Notes under the pieces: generated by a model | Database searches by the model: none | The model's input: the letters and a program-made list of their open reading frames with translations, nothing else | Told to the model about the DNA's origin: nothing | Position numbers and translations under genes: made by a program | IMG/VR virus record: IMGVR_UViG_3300027821_000007 | Span: 27,504-91,503 of that record | DNA length: 64,000 nucleotides | From: a virus | Strand: one strand, 5' to 3' | In this document: piece by piece, positions 9,047 to 19,450 of the stretch | How the letters are laid out: each line of letters opens with the position of its first letter | Position numbering within the stretch: position 1 is the stretch's first letter

Positions 9047-9313
9047 GTGATGCGACGCCCGGGCGGTTACGCGGTCATTACCGGGCCTGACGGCACCAAG
9101 GAGCGGGACACTTTCACCTGCTTCCACTGCCAGCACATTGTCCACGTTCCGCCCAAGGCCGATCCGGCCGCGATTGGCGGCATGTGCTACCAGTGCATGC
9201 GATTGATTTGTCCGAACTGCGTTGGTTTCGGTGGCTGTACTCCGTTCGAGCGCAGGCTCGAGGCCATGGAGCGGCGGGCTGACGCGCTGCGGTCGTATGG
9301 GGTGGGAGAGTGA
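9047..9313 (+). CDS. zinc-finger protein
   Basis: CFHC, CYQC, CPNC, CTPF motifs. Confidence 0.7.
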   Translation: MMRRPGGYAVITGPDGTKERDTFTCFHCQHIVHVPPKADPAAIGGMCYQCMRLICPNCVGFGGCTPFERRLEAMERRADALRSYGVGE

Positions 9314-9314
9314 G

Positions 9315-9632
9315 ATGGAGTGGGTCAGTGGCAACGTCTTCATTCGCAAAATCCAGCCGACGAAAGGCGCTACATCAGGCGGCCATACCCACAATTTTGA
9401 TCACACAACGATTGTCTTTAAGGGCGCCGTGCATGTCTCGGCCACGCTGCCCAACGGCACGGTCATAGAGCGTGACTTCCATGCCCCGACGCACTTCCTT
9501 GTTCGTCGCGACGTGTTGCACGCGATCACCGCGCTAGAGGACGGCACTGAATACTGGTGCGTCTACAGCCACCGCACCCCGCAGGGTGAGGTGGTGCAGG
9601 AATGGGACGGGTGGCGCGAGGCCACCGTGTGA
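9315..9632 (+). CDS. cupin-fold protein
   Basis: GHTHNFDHTT...HAITALED...WCVYSHR metal-binding cupin motif. Confidence 0.75.
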   Translation: MEWVSGNVFIRKIQPTKGATSGGHTHNFDHTTIVFKGAVHVSATLPNGTVIERDFHAPTHFLVRRDVLHAITALEDGTEYWCVYSHRTPQGEVVQEWDGWREATV

Positions 9633-10045
9633 TGGCGGAAATGCTGCTCTGGATGCAGGACCGGCAAGGCGCTGACATCGAGCACACCAGCAAGCTGTCG
9701 CAGCGTGGCGACGTGATCGTGGTGCAGCCTGACGGCTGGGGCTGGAGCTTGGCCGAACAAACCGACCCATTTGTTGTGGTCGTGGTGCCCGATGCTACCG
9801 TGACCGATCTGGAATCATTCTTATCGCCCGAAATGCCGCAGCCGGGGAACGAGGACGCCCAATGGTGGGACACCACCAACACCCTGCAATTTCGCGGCTT
9901 CAGGGTGGACGTGGACAGCTACACCGGCGGCGTCTTGCGTTCCGGCGCCAATGTTCCCCTGGATGAAGTGCTGGCCTTGAAAGTACAGAAGCCCCCGCTC
10001 CCCGATCCGAAGGTGATCGGTGATAGCGGAAAGATAATTGGTTGA
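9632..10045 (+). CDS. hypothetical phage protein
   Basis: TGATG coupling; RGDVIVVQPDGWGW motif. Confidence 0.6.
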   Translation: MAEMLLWMQDRQGADIEHTSKLSQRGDVIVVQPDGWGWSLAEQTDPFVVVVVPDATVTDLESFLSPEMPQPGNEDAQWWDTTNTLQFRGFRVDVDSYTGGVLRSGANVPLDEVLALKVQKPPLPDPKVIGDSGKIIG

Positions 10046-13000
10046 CCGTCACCAGTAACATCCACACCGGCCTGGCAGCCTGGAGCAACCACAGCTTCGC
10101 GCTAAACGAAGCATGCTCGAATGCCGGCAACGCCTACCGATGCACCACGGCAGGATCATCGACCGCTGCCCCTACCGGCACCGGAACCGGGATCAACAAC
10201 GGCGGCGTTGCCGTCTTCAAATGGCTCTCGACCTACGGGGCTTCGGACTATTCCACCATCGATGCGTGGGTCACGTCGATCCCCGGCACGCTGGCGCAGG
10301 CATACGAAGGCTTGATCTGGAACAACGGCGACATTGTTCGCACCACGTATGTGTCGATTACGGGGCACACGACAACCGCCGCCAACATCATCTCCCTGAA
10401 ATGCGCGCCGGGTGAAAGTTTCGCCGACAATCCGAACCGCGCCACCAACCCGCTAATCCCCAGCGCAAGCTATGGCGTGCAGATATCCCGATCAGGCAAC
10501 TATAGTTACAATATTATCCTCCAAGAGGATTATGGGCTTCTGGACGGCCTGCAGCTTGTTCGAGCGCCAGGCGCGATCCATCAGAATGCCAGTCTGGCCC
10601 TGGGAAAAAACGGCAGCAGCGGCACCACGACGGTCAGCCGGATGGTTGTGCGCGGGGAAAATTTCGAGCAGGCCAACAACGGCATCATCGGGGCTGGCGG
10701 AAGCTCATCGGTCGATCATGTCAACTGCGTGTTCATCGACGAATCGGTGGCAGGGTCAGGCAGCCCGATATGGAACGGCCAAAACAATAGCTGCAGCTTC
10801 ACCAACTGCGTGATGATCGCGCTGAACTCACAAGCCGGTTTCGATGCCATCCACCGCAACTACTCCGGCACCACGACGGTCACGAATTGCATAATCATGG
10901 GGTGGGGCGGCATCGGTAATGCCAACCTGACCTCGGGCGTCGCGCGCAACAACGTCGTGAACTGGACCAGCTATCCGTCAGGATGGACCGATACCGGGAC
11001 GCTGTTCAGCAAGACGGCGGCAAACCAGTTCGTAGGCATTGGCACCGACTTCAAACTGAAGGCGGGAGCCGACGCGCTCAACACGGGCTACACCGACACC
11101 GTCCACATCCCCAGCGCCACAGACATCTATGGCACGACGCGGCCGCAAGGCAGCGCGTGGGACGTCGGCCCCTATGAAACCCCTGCGTCGTCTGCGGCCT
11201 TCTTCGACTACATTGCGGAGGCTCGCCTTGTCCGCCAGCCGCCGCGCGCGCGACAGCCGCCTGCCCTGATAGCGCCGGTCTTGCGGCCGGTTCCCGGCGC
11301 GGGCTCGCCCAAGACCCTCTACATGCTGAACACGGCGGCCACCACGCCGGACTGGTTTGGCGTGATGCAGGACGGCGGCACCGCACCCACTGCCGCAGCT
11401 AGCGCGTTCGGATGGACGACTGCCAAAACTGCCACCACCACGCCTTTCTGGCGCGCTCGAATTGGCGCCACCGCCACCGCCACAGTTGCGTCCGCGACGA
11501 GCAATCTCGACTTTGCCGTTGATCCGAACGCCGGCACCGGCGCCACCATCACCACCTCGGGCGATGCGTTCCGTTCGCCCGTGCGCTATGCCGGTACGTT
11601 TGGCGCCGGCAACTGGACGCTCAATTTCGGCATGCGAACCCTCGCGGCAACGGTCGTGGGGAATATGCGCTGCCGGATCTGGGCCGGCCCCGCTTCGAAC
11701 GGCGTCAACGCGCGAGAGCTGACCAGCGGCGCTCTGACCGGCTCGACCGTGTCGATGATAGCGACTGCGACGACCTACACGTCCACCATCACCTGGAACG
11801 CGCCGACCATCATCCTGGATGGCGAATACCTGTTCTTCCAGGTCGAGTGGAACGAGACCACCGCGGGCACGTCCAATTCCTGCGCAGTGGTCTTTTACCA
11901 GTCCGCCTGTACCATAGCGACCGCGAACTGGTCGGCGGCCGCGGGGGTCACGGCGGCAACGACGATTGCCGGACAAGGGCAGTTCGACACGCCGGATAAT
12001 ATACCCCAGGTCTTCGCGATCGGCACGGCACAGCAAAAAACGGGCGGCGGCGCAACGCCGGTCACCTTAACGGCTAACGTGCCGGCCGGCTCCTTGATCG
12101 TAATATACAGCGCGTCAGTCACGGCTTCCGGCGGTGCCAGTTTCAACAGCCCCCCTACTGATTCGGCAGGGAATGTTTACACCCAGGTCCCCGGAAACTG
12201 GATCCTTACTACACCCTCATTCGGTGTAACCAGAGCTTACTGTCCCAACTGCCTGGCGCTAAGCGCCGGCCAAACCATTACGATCCCTATTGTTGGAACC
12301 GCTCTAACCGCCGCCATTTCGATCTTTTATGCGACCGGATTGCAACGGAGCGTGCTTCCGACGCCTCAAAGCTCATTTACTCAAAATACCGCCATTACTA
12401 ATCCGAGCCGGAATTTTAACCCTAGTTTGGCTTATGGCGTGTTGATAGGGGTGAGTGCCGTCGCCGGCGACGTTGTCGAGACGTTCACTAACGACACCAC
12501 CCATAATTGGACTACTCCGCCGCTTACTCGTGTCGGCAATACCGGCGGCGTCGCGAACACGAATGCCACTCTCAACGGAGCGTGGAAATACATTCAAGAC
12601 ACCACCCAGCAAACCTACTCTCCGACGTTGGGAACCGCTCGCGAGAATGTAATCGCAGTAGAAAACTGGGGTGCGGCCACCCAGGGCAGGCTCAGCCAGA
12701 ACCTGGCCGCCGCCGTTTCTATTGCCGGCGTCGGCGCCGTCGCGGTCGATGCGACGCGGATAGGCCCTGCTGTCTATACCGCCAATGCAACTCTTGCTGG
12801 CGTCAGCGGTCGGACCAATTCGATCCGCAACCCCCGCGCCGAGGGCGCTGTCGCTGGCACGCCAGGCACCGCTCCTACTTTCTGGAACGGATGGGGCGAC
12901 AATTTAGGCCTGACGTTCAGCATCATCGGTATCGGCACCGAAGACGGCATTCCCTACATTGATGTCCGCTACGCCGGCACGACTAACGTCGCTGGTTTCT

Positions 13001-16000
13001 TCACCACCGCTTACTTCGAGCCCACTGGGACGGCGGGCATTCCCAGCGGATTTGCCGACACGTGGTGGTTGAGTTTCTACCACCGCTTAGTTGGCGGCAG
13101 CACGGTCAACACCACCGGGGTCCAAGCTGGCTGGCGTGAATTTAATGCCGCCGGCACTGCGGTTGCGGTCCACAACAACGGCGCTCCCTTCGACCCGACC
13201 ACGGCGCCCCTCATAAGCCAACGTCAGTTGGTTGTCGGGCCCGGCCAAAATCTGGATCGCAATACCTACTATGTTTCTCCATTTTGGGGATTTGGTGTTA
13301 CCGGAAGTGGTGTTGCTATCGACATCACTTTTAGGATCGGCGCTCCGCAATTTGAACTAGGGAGTAACGTCTCCGGCCTGATCCTGCCGCCGATCGGCAC
13401 ACCGGGCATCTCGTCGCGTGCCATCGAGATCCGCGAGCGTGTCAGCGCGGTCGCGAAATCGACGATCGCGGGCCTCGGCGCCGTCGCGGCCGATGCGACA
13501 GTCGTGGCGGGCACGGCCGGAACCACCTACACCGGCGCCGTCACGATCGGCACGCTGCCGTCGTGGAACCCGCTGTCCCCGGACGCGCCGGCCACGACGC
13601 TGTTCACGAACAACAACCGCACGATCACGAAAACTGCCGGCGGTTTCGACGGCGCCAAGGGCAACTCCGTCGTCAGCAGCGGCAAGTTCTACGCCGAATT
13701 CACGCCGGGCAGCGGCTTCGACGGGAACAGTAGCTTTGGCGTCGCCACGACGGCCCTCACCACCTATTTCGAGGTCTATTCCCCGAGTACCCACTGCTGC
13801 ATAGCCGTACCCGGCATGGGAGTGCTGCTGAACGGCTCTAACACGGGAATACTGTTCTCCTGGTCGACCGCGTCGATCGCCATGGCGCTCGACATGGACA
13901 ATAAGCGGATTTGGTTCCGTCAGCTCCCGAGCGGCAACTGGAACGACAACGCCTCGAACAGTCCGACCACGCCGTCGACCGGCCTGGACATCAGCGGCCT
14001 GGTGCCGGTCACGCCGCTTTTCATAGTGACCCAACTGGGGGTGAATTCCGGTATCAGCGCCACGGTCGAGATGGGCCTGGGCTCCTTCGCCAACACTCCG
14101 CCCTCGGGTTACACGGTTTGGCCCTCCACCCCGGGCGGCACCGGCTACGTCAAGGCGTACGCCACGGTGCACACCGGCACGGTGACTGCTGCAGCCACCA
14201 TCGCCGGCGTCAGCGGCAGAACCAACTATATCCGTAACCCACGCGCGGAAGGCGCGGTTGCCGGAACGCCGGGCTCCATTCCGACCTACTGGAGACAGAT
14301 AGTAAACAACGCCGGTCTTACCCAGCAGATCGTCGGGACCGGGGTCGAGAATGGCATCGACTACATCGACGTTCGCTTCACCGGGTCCACGCCCGGCGGC
14401 GGTGAGATCACCATACAGCCTGCCCAGGATGGCGATGCGACACCGGTCCCAAGAACCTCGACCTGGGCGTCGTCGTTCTACATGCGCATTATCCCCGGCG
14501 ATGCGTCGTTCATCGATTACCTCTGGGTGTCGATGCAGAGCTACGCCAATAGCGGCGGGCAAGTCGATTGGATTACTGACACCTACTTCACCCCTTCGAC
14601 CCTGGTGCAACCAGGCGGATTGGGCACCCGCTACGTGTCGGTGGCGAACAACGCCACCACGACAGCCGGCGCCGACTACATGCGTCAATATATCTATGTC
14701 GATACCAAGATAAGCGGAGCCGCGCTTGACTTCACGCTGCGCATTGGTTGGCCACAACTGGAGAACGTCGAAACCACCGGCAATATCCTGCCGCCGGTCG
14801 GTGCTCCAGCGATAATCACACGCGCGATCGAGATCTACCCCAGGTTGCAGGCCGTTGCGGCAGTGACGATCGGCGGCGTCGGCACCATCGCGGTCGACGC
14901 GACCCGGGTGGCCGGTGCGGGCACCCAGTGGACCGGCGCCACGACGATCGTGGCTGCCGGCAACGTCGCGGTCAGTGCCGTTCAGCGCCAGGTTGCGGTC
15001 AGCACAATCGCTGCTGCCGGCAATGTTGCGGTCGATGCGCGGCGCATTGTCTATGCAGCCAGCACGAGCGCCGGCGTTGCTGTGGTCAGTGTTGCCGCGG
15101 TTCAACGCCAAGTTGCCGCCAGCACGATCGCCGGCCTGGGTGCGGTTAGCGATAGCGCTGTTCTGAGAGCGCGAACTGTCAGCACTATCGGTGGCTTGGG
15201 CAATGTCAGGGCCTGGGATTTTCACCCGGTCTACACAGCCTCGACGACTGCGGGCGTTAGCGGCCGGACCAACGTCATTCGCAATCCGCGCGGGGAAGGC
15301 GGAAGGGCGGGCGATCCCTCCACCAGTGAAGGATCGCCGCCGACCTACTGGACCGGGTGGGGAAACCCACCGTCCGGCCTGTTCGAAACTATTGCCGGCG
15401 TCGGCTACGAAGACGGCATTCCCTACATCGACATTCATCTTGTTGGTACGGTGGCGGGGAGCACGGCCTACTATCCGCATTATTTCGAAGACTACGACAC
15501 CATCCCGGTACCCCCGAGGAAAACCTGGTCAAGCAGCATCTACGTCAGACTGGTTGGAGGCAGCACCTCCAATGTTGCGTCTCTTGCCGTTGGCTGGACA
15601 GAATATAGTAGTAAATTTGCTGATATAATCGGAGATTTCGATACCGGGCAAGTGCCGACGTCGGCGCCTTTGTCAAGCCAAAGATACAGCTACGCTAATC
15701 CTACCACCGCTCTCGCCACCTACATTCGTCCGTATTGGAAAATATACTTTACCAGTCTGGGCGTTCCGGTTGACATCATCATTCGGATCGGTGGCCCGCA
15801 ACTCGAGTTGGGACCATCTGCTTCCGGTCTGATCCTGCCGCCGGTCGGTGTTCTCGCGGTCACGTCGCGCGCGATTGAAATCCGTGACAACGTCAAGATC
15901 CAGACGAACGTGGCTATGGGTGGAGTTGGCCGCGTCGTCTGCGAAGCGCTGGTCCGAAATCCGGCAGGACATATTGCCTACGATGCTTTTGCCACCATCG

Positions 16001-19000
16001 CTGCCACCACAACCTTCAGCCCAGTCAACGTTTTTCTTCGACAGTCGGCAGTCACTTCCATCGCCGGTCTTGGCGGCCAGGCGAACTACATCCGCAACCC
16101 ACGCTTCGAGGGCGCGGTCGCGGGCACTCCGGGCACCGTCCCGACCTACTTCTCGGACTGGAGCGCCGCAGCCGCGAGCGTGGGACTGAGCTTAACCATC
16201 CTCGGCACGGGTTACGAAGACGGCATCCCCTACATCGACGTCCGCATCTTCGGCACCACCGACGGGGTACACTACAGCTCGGACTTTTATTATTTCGAAA
16301 CCAACACAGCCATCCCGGCAGGCTACGACCAGGGATGGCTATTCAGCTTTTACCTCAAGCAACTGGTGGGCGAGGGCATATGGGGCCCCGTCAGCATGTT
16401 CTACATAGGCTGGGAAGAGCTCGACGAAAACGGAGTCCACTACAGCAATCATTCCGACGGAAAATCCGCTTTCACGGGACCGTTGTGGGATTGTAGGCAC
16501 GACATCTCGGACACCAACACCTTTTCAGATGTCCGCTTCATCAGGCCTTACTGGGGCTTTGGCCTCGACAGCGCCGCCGCCGTTCCCTTCGACAACACTC
16601 TACGAATTGGCGCCCCGCAACTCGAACTCGGCTACTCGGAGGACGGTCCCAGCGATCTGATCTTGCCGCCGGTCGGGGCGCCGGCCGTTTCGTTCCGCGC
16701 CATCCAGATCCGCGAACGCGTCACCATGGTCGCGGCAGTGACCATTGCCGGCGCGGGCAACGTCGCCGCGATACTGGCCCCCGACTGGGTGTCACCAGGT
16801 GCGCAGATCCACATCGACTTCATCGGAGGATCTCCACAGGGCCGAGCTTGGGTGCAAGGGGTCGGCGTCGTCGGCATCAACACCCTCGTCGGCAACGACC
16901 CGCTCGCGGACGCCGGCTGGACGACTACGGGCTACAACAGCGCCGAACTGACCCCCGACGGCTATCTGCCAACGATGTCCGCGGCTTTCATCGGCGAAGC
17001 CCGTAACTTACTGCTGACAGCTACGACGGTGCGAACCGTCCACACCCAAACCGGTCAAAATATTTCAGGATCATCTACCGGATGTGTGGTTCTTTCTGTT
17101 TTTTCGCCGTCCGGCGACAACGGCGTGGAAATTGACTTAACCCCCTTCGCCCCTGGCGCCTCTAGCCATCTCGACGTTTCTACATGGGGCGGTCCGGCCT
17201 ACGGCGACATCTTAGGCGCAGCCAATTCCGCCGTCGGCGCGATCAACGTGACGGCCTACACCGTCACCGCGAACCGTCTCGAAGCCGACATCAACGGCTA
17301 TTCCACCCCCATCGCTTTGACTTTGATCGATGCGGACCGTCCGACAGCGGACTCCTTCAAGGCGGCAATATTCGATCACAGACCAATCCAAGGCGGCTAT
17401 GTCGCCGTCCGGTCAATCCAATTCTATGCTCCCTTACCCACAGCGGCAGGCCTGATTCCCCTATCTGCTTTGCCGGCAACTATCGAACCTGTGGCGAGCA
17501 TGGCCGCGACGGGAAACGTTGCCGTCAGCGCACGGCAAGTTTCCTATGGCGCCACGACGATCGCGGGCGTCGCCAGCATCGCGGTCGACGCGACCAAGGT
17601 AGCCCCAGCAGGCACTGTATGGACCGCTGCCGTCACTATCGCGGCCATTGGCAACGTCGCGGCGTCTGCCGTCCAGCGTCAGGTCGCGGCCAGCACGAGT
17701 GCTGGCATTGGCAGCGTTGCGATCAATGCCATCAGGGCGCAGCCGGCCGCCAGCACGAGCGCCGGCCTGGGCGCAGTCGGCGTTGCCGCTATCCAGCGCA
17801 TGGTGGCGGCCAGCACGAGCGCCGGTGTCGGTACCGTCGGGGTAGCGGCCGGCAAGCTGATTTATGCTGCGACGACGATTGCGGGCGTCGGCAACGTCAG
17901 CGCCGCTGCCGTAACGCCGGAAGCTGCTGCCGCTGGCATCCCGGGTTTCGGCACCGTCAGCGTCACGGCGATACAACGGCAGTTCGCGACGATCGCGATC
18001 GCTGGCGTTGGCGCGTTCGGCGCGAATTCGGCCGGCTCGCAGCCGGGCAATGTCGCCATTGCGGGCCAGGCCGCGGTCAGCGTTGACGCGATCGCGCGCC
18101 GGTTCGCGACGATCCCGATTGCCGGACAGGGCAGCGTTGCGGTCGATGCCGGCAAGATCGTCTATGCCGCGGCGACGATCGGCGGCGTTGGCAGTGTCGC
18201 GGCCTCGGCCGGCAAGCTGATCTATGCCACGGCCAGCATCGCGGGCGTCGGCAACGTCACGGCTGATGCGCAGTTCGTCAGCGGGGCGGTTTCCTACACC
18301 GCCGCCACGACGATCGCTGGCGTCGGCAGCATCACGGCATCCGCCACCCTTAATCTACCGGCAGCAATCGCGATCGCGGCCACCGGCAGCGTCGCCGCCT
18401 CCGCCGTCCTGAACCTACCGGCCGCCACGACCATCGCGGGCCTTGGGGCGTTCGCCGCAAGTGCCGCAGCGGCCGGCGTGCAGACAGCGACCATCACGAT
18501 CGGCGGCCTGGGCAACGTCGCGGTCGACGCGCGGCGCAGCTCACCAGCCATAGCATCGATCGACAGCCAGGGCGCGGTCAGCGTCGCGGCCGCGCAGCTC
18601 CAATTCGCTGCCGTCAGCGTCGCCGGCGTCGGCAACGTCCTCGGCGCGGGGGGTGAAGCGCAACCCGCAGCCGCCTCGATCGTTGGCGTCGGCGCGGTCA
18701 GTGCTGCCGCCGGCGGTATACGCCCGGCGGCGGTGGCGACGGCCGCGCAGGGCGCGGTTAGTGCCGGCAGCGTCCTGACCCAAGTTACGGCGGTGGCGGT
18801 TGCTGGACTGGGCACAGTCAGCATCGCCGCCGGCGTACGCCAGTTCGCCACGGTCTCGATCGGCGGCGTCGGCACCCTCCTCGTCAACGCAATCCAGCAA
18901 GGGCGGCAGGAAGGCACCACCGCGATCGCGGCCTCGGCCACGGTCAGCATCTCCACCACCCAGCGCATGGTCGCGGCCAGCGCGATCGCGGCCCAGGCCA

Positions 19001-19425
19001 GCGTCAGCATCGATGCCGCGCGCATCACCTACGGCGCCACATCGATCGCGGCCCAGGGCAGCGTGGCCGTCGATGCCTACAAGGCGCAGTTCGCGACAAT
19101 CGCGATCGCCGGACAGGGCGCGGTCAACGTCAACGCTACGGCGTTGCGTGCTGCCGTCGTTACCATCGACGCTCAGGCCAGCGTCACCGTCAGGGGCAAC
19201 ACCCGCCAGGTCGCAGCCACGCAGATCGACGGCGTCGGCGGCGGCGGCTTCACCGCCTATGCGATGTGCCCGGTTTCGGCGATCATCGTCGGCCAGGGCA
19301 ACGTCCAGATTGGTTCGGCACGAACCATCTTCATGGGCGTTGACATTGCTGGTGCGGGTCACGTCGCCGTTTCGGCCAGAACCCAGGCCCTCGCCAGCCA
19401 AGCGCGCGTCATGATGATGGCGTGA
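10042..19425 (+). CDS. giant (3127 aa) multidomain adhesin/fibre-like virion protein
   Basis: TTG start overlapping the upstream TGA; N-terminal beta-helix-like region ending in a DIYGTTRPQGSAWDVGPYE motif; SPRY-like domain; four ~210-aa repeats; long Ala/Gly/Val ~25-aa repeat stalk. Confidence 0.85.
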   Translation: MTVTSNIHTGLAAWSNHSFALNEACSNAGNAYRCTTAGSSTAAPTGTGTGINNGGVAVFKWLSTYGASDYSTIDAWVTSIPGTLAQAYEGLIWNNGDIVRTTYVSITGHTTTAANIISLKCAPGESFADNPNRATNPLIPSASYGVQISRSGNYSYNIILQEDYGLLDGLQLVRAPGAIHQNASLALGKNGSSGTTTVSRMVVRGENFEQANNGIIGAGGSSSVDHVNCVFIDESVAGSGSPIWNGQNNSCSFTNCVMIALNSQAGFDAIHRNYSGTTTVTNCIIMGWGGIGNANLTSGVARNNVVNWTSYPSGWTDTGTLFSKTAANQFVGIGTDFKLKAGADALNTGYTDTVHIPSATDIYGTTRPQGSAWDVGPYETPASSAAFFDYIAEARLVRQPPRARQPPALIAPVLRPVPGAGSPKTLYMLNTAATTPDWFGVMQDGGTAPTAAASAFGWTTAKTATTTPFWRARIGATATATVASATSNLDFAVDPNAGTGATITTSGDAFRSPVRYAGTFGAGNWTLNFGMRTLAATVVGNMRCRIWAGPASNGVNARELTSGALTGSTVSMIATATTYTSTITWNAPTIILDGEYLFFQVEWNETTAGTSNSCAVVFYQSACTIATANWSAAAGVTAATTIAGQGQFDTPDNIPQVFAIGTAQQKTGGGATPVTLTANVPAGSLIVIYSASVTASGGASFNSPPTDSAGNVYTQVPGNWILTTPSFGVTRAYCPNCLALSAGQTITIPIVGTALTAAISIFYATGLQRSVLPTPQSSFTQNTAITNPSRNFNPSLAYGVLIGVSAVAGDVVETFTNDTTHNWTTPPLTRVGNTGGVANTNATLNGAWKYIQDTTQQTYSPTLGTARENVIAVENWGAATQGRLSQNLAAAVSIAGVGAVAVDATRIGPAVYTANATLAGVSGRTNSIRNPRAEGAVAGTPGTAPTFWNGWGDNLGLTFSIIGIGTEDGIPYIDVRYAGTTNVAGFFTTAYFEPTGTAGIPSGFADTWWLSFYHRLVGGSTVNTTGVQAGWREFNAAGTAVAVHNNGAPFDPTTAPLISQRQLVVGPGQNLDRNTYYVSPFWGFGVTGSGVAIDITFRIGAPQFELGSNVSGLILPPIGTPGISSRAIEIRERVSAVAKSTIAGLGAVAADATVVAGTAGTTYTGAVTIGTLPSWNPLSPDAPATTLFTNNNRTITKTAGGFDGAKGNSVVSSGKFYAEFTPGSGFDGNSSFGVATTALTTYFEVYSPSTHCCIAVPGMGVLLNGSNTGILFSWSTASIAMALDMDNKRIWFRQLPSGNWNDNASNSPTTPSTGLDISGLVPVTPLFIVTQLGVNSGISATVEMGLGSFANTPPSGYTVWPSTPGGTGYVKAYATVHTGTVTAAATIAGVSGRTNYIRNPRAEGAVAGTPGSIPTYWRQIVNNAGLTQQIVGTGVENGIDYIDVRFTGSTPGGGEITIQPAQDGDATPVPRTSTWASSFYMRIIPGDASFIDYLWVSMQSYANSGGQVDWITDTYFTPSTLVQPGGLGTRYVSVANNATTTAGADYMRQYIYVDTKISGAALDFTLRIGWPQLENVETTGNILPPVGAPAIITRAIEIYPRLQAVAAVTIGGVGTIAVDATRVAGAGTQWTGATTIVAAGNVAVSAVQRQVAVSTIAAAGNVAVDARRIVYAASTSAGVAVVSVAAVQRQVAASTIAGLGAVSDSAVLRARTVSTIGGLGNVRAWDFHPVYTASTTAGVSGRTNVIRNPRGEGGRAGDPSTSEGSPPTYWTGWGNPPSGLFETIAGVGYEDGIPYIDIHLVGTVAGSTAYYPHYFEDYDTIPVPPRKTWSSSIYVRLVGGSTSNVASLAVGWTEYSSKFADIIGDFDTGQVPTSAPLSSQRYSYANPTTALATYIRPYWKIYFTSLGVPVDIIIRIGGPQLELGPSASGLILPPVGVLAVTSRAIEIRDNVKIQTNVAMGGVGRVVCEALVRNPAGHIAYDAFATIAATTTFSPVNVFLRQSAVTSIAGLGGQANYIRNPRFEGAVAGTPGTVPTYFSDWSAAAASVGLSLTILGTGYEDGIPYIDVRIFGTTDGVHYSSDFYYFETNTAIPAGYDQGWLFSFYLKQLVGEGIWGPVSMFYIGWEELDENGVHYSNHSDGKSAFTGPLWDCRHDISDTNTFSDVRFIRPYWGFGLDSAAAVPFDNTLRIGAPQLELGYSEDGPSDLILPPVGAPAVSFRAIQIRERVTMVAAVTIAGAGNVAAILAPDWVSPGAQIHIDFIGGSPQGRAWVQGVGVVGINTLVGNDPLADAGWTTTGYNSAELTPDGYLPTMSAAFIGEARNLLLTATTVRTVHTQTGQNISGSSTGCVVLSVFSPSGDNGVEIDLTPFAPGASSHLDVSTWGGPAYGDILGAANSAVGAINVTAYTVTANRLEADINGYSTPIALTLIDADRPTADSFKAAIFDHRPIQGGYVAVRSIQFYAPLPTAAGLIPLSALPATIEPVASMAATGNVAVSARQVSYGATTIAGVASIAVDATKVAPAGTVWTAAVTIAAIGNVAASAVQRQVAASTSAGIGSVAINAIRAQPAASTSAGLGAVGVAAIQRMVAASTSAGVGTVGVAAGKLIYAATTIAGVGNVSAAAVTPEAAAAGIPGFGTVSVTAIQRQFATIAIAGVGAFGANSAGSQPGNVAIAGQAAVSVDAIARRFATIPIAGQGSVAVDAGKIVYAAATIGGVGSVAASAGKLIYATASIAGVGNVTADAQFVSGAVSYTAATTIAGVGSITASATLNLPAAIAIAATGSVAASAVLNLPAATTIAGLGAFAASAAAAGVQTATITIGGLGNVAVDARRSSPAIASIDSQGAVSVAAAQLQFAAVSVAGVGNVLGAGGEAQPAAASIVGVGAVSAAAGGIRPAAVATAAQGAVSAGSVLTQVTAVAVAGLGTVSIAAGVRQFATVSIGGVGTLLVNAIQQGRQEGTTAIAASATVSISTTQRMVAASAIAAQASVSIDAARITYGATSIAAQGSVAVDAYKAQFATIAIAGQGAVNVNATALRAAVVTIDAQASVTVRGNTRQVAATQIDGVGGGGFTAYAMCPVSAIIVGQGNVQIGSARTIFMGVDIAGAGHVAVSARTQALASQARVMMMA
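12798..16710 (+). repeat. four dispersed copies of a ~630-nt domain (N-x-IRNPR-x-EG...[ED]GI-x-YID...RIG-x-PQ-x-E...ILPP-x-G) at ~12798, ~14205, ~15252, ~16065
   Basis: Conserved ends, divergent cores, visible in the translation. Confidence 0.85.
17490..19400 (+). repeat. tandem degenerate ~25-aa repeats (AAxTIAGxGxVAVxA)
   Basis: Directly visible in the translation; similar units also link the upstream domains. Confidence 0.8.
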
Positions 19426-19450
19426 GGCAGTAATCATGGTATAGGAGAAT

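Noticed and set aside
13357-15480. Long minus-strand ORFs (707 aa here; also 21740-23404, 32780-34651, 34655-36460, 38368-40353, 54308-56773)
   Set aside because: Antisense shadows of GC3-biased + strand genes; no recognisable motifs or start signals.
12798-16710. Repeated domains as DGR template/variable repeats
   Set aside because: No reverse transcriptase in the window, and divergence is not adenine-specific.
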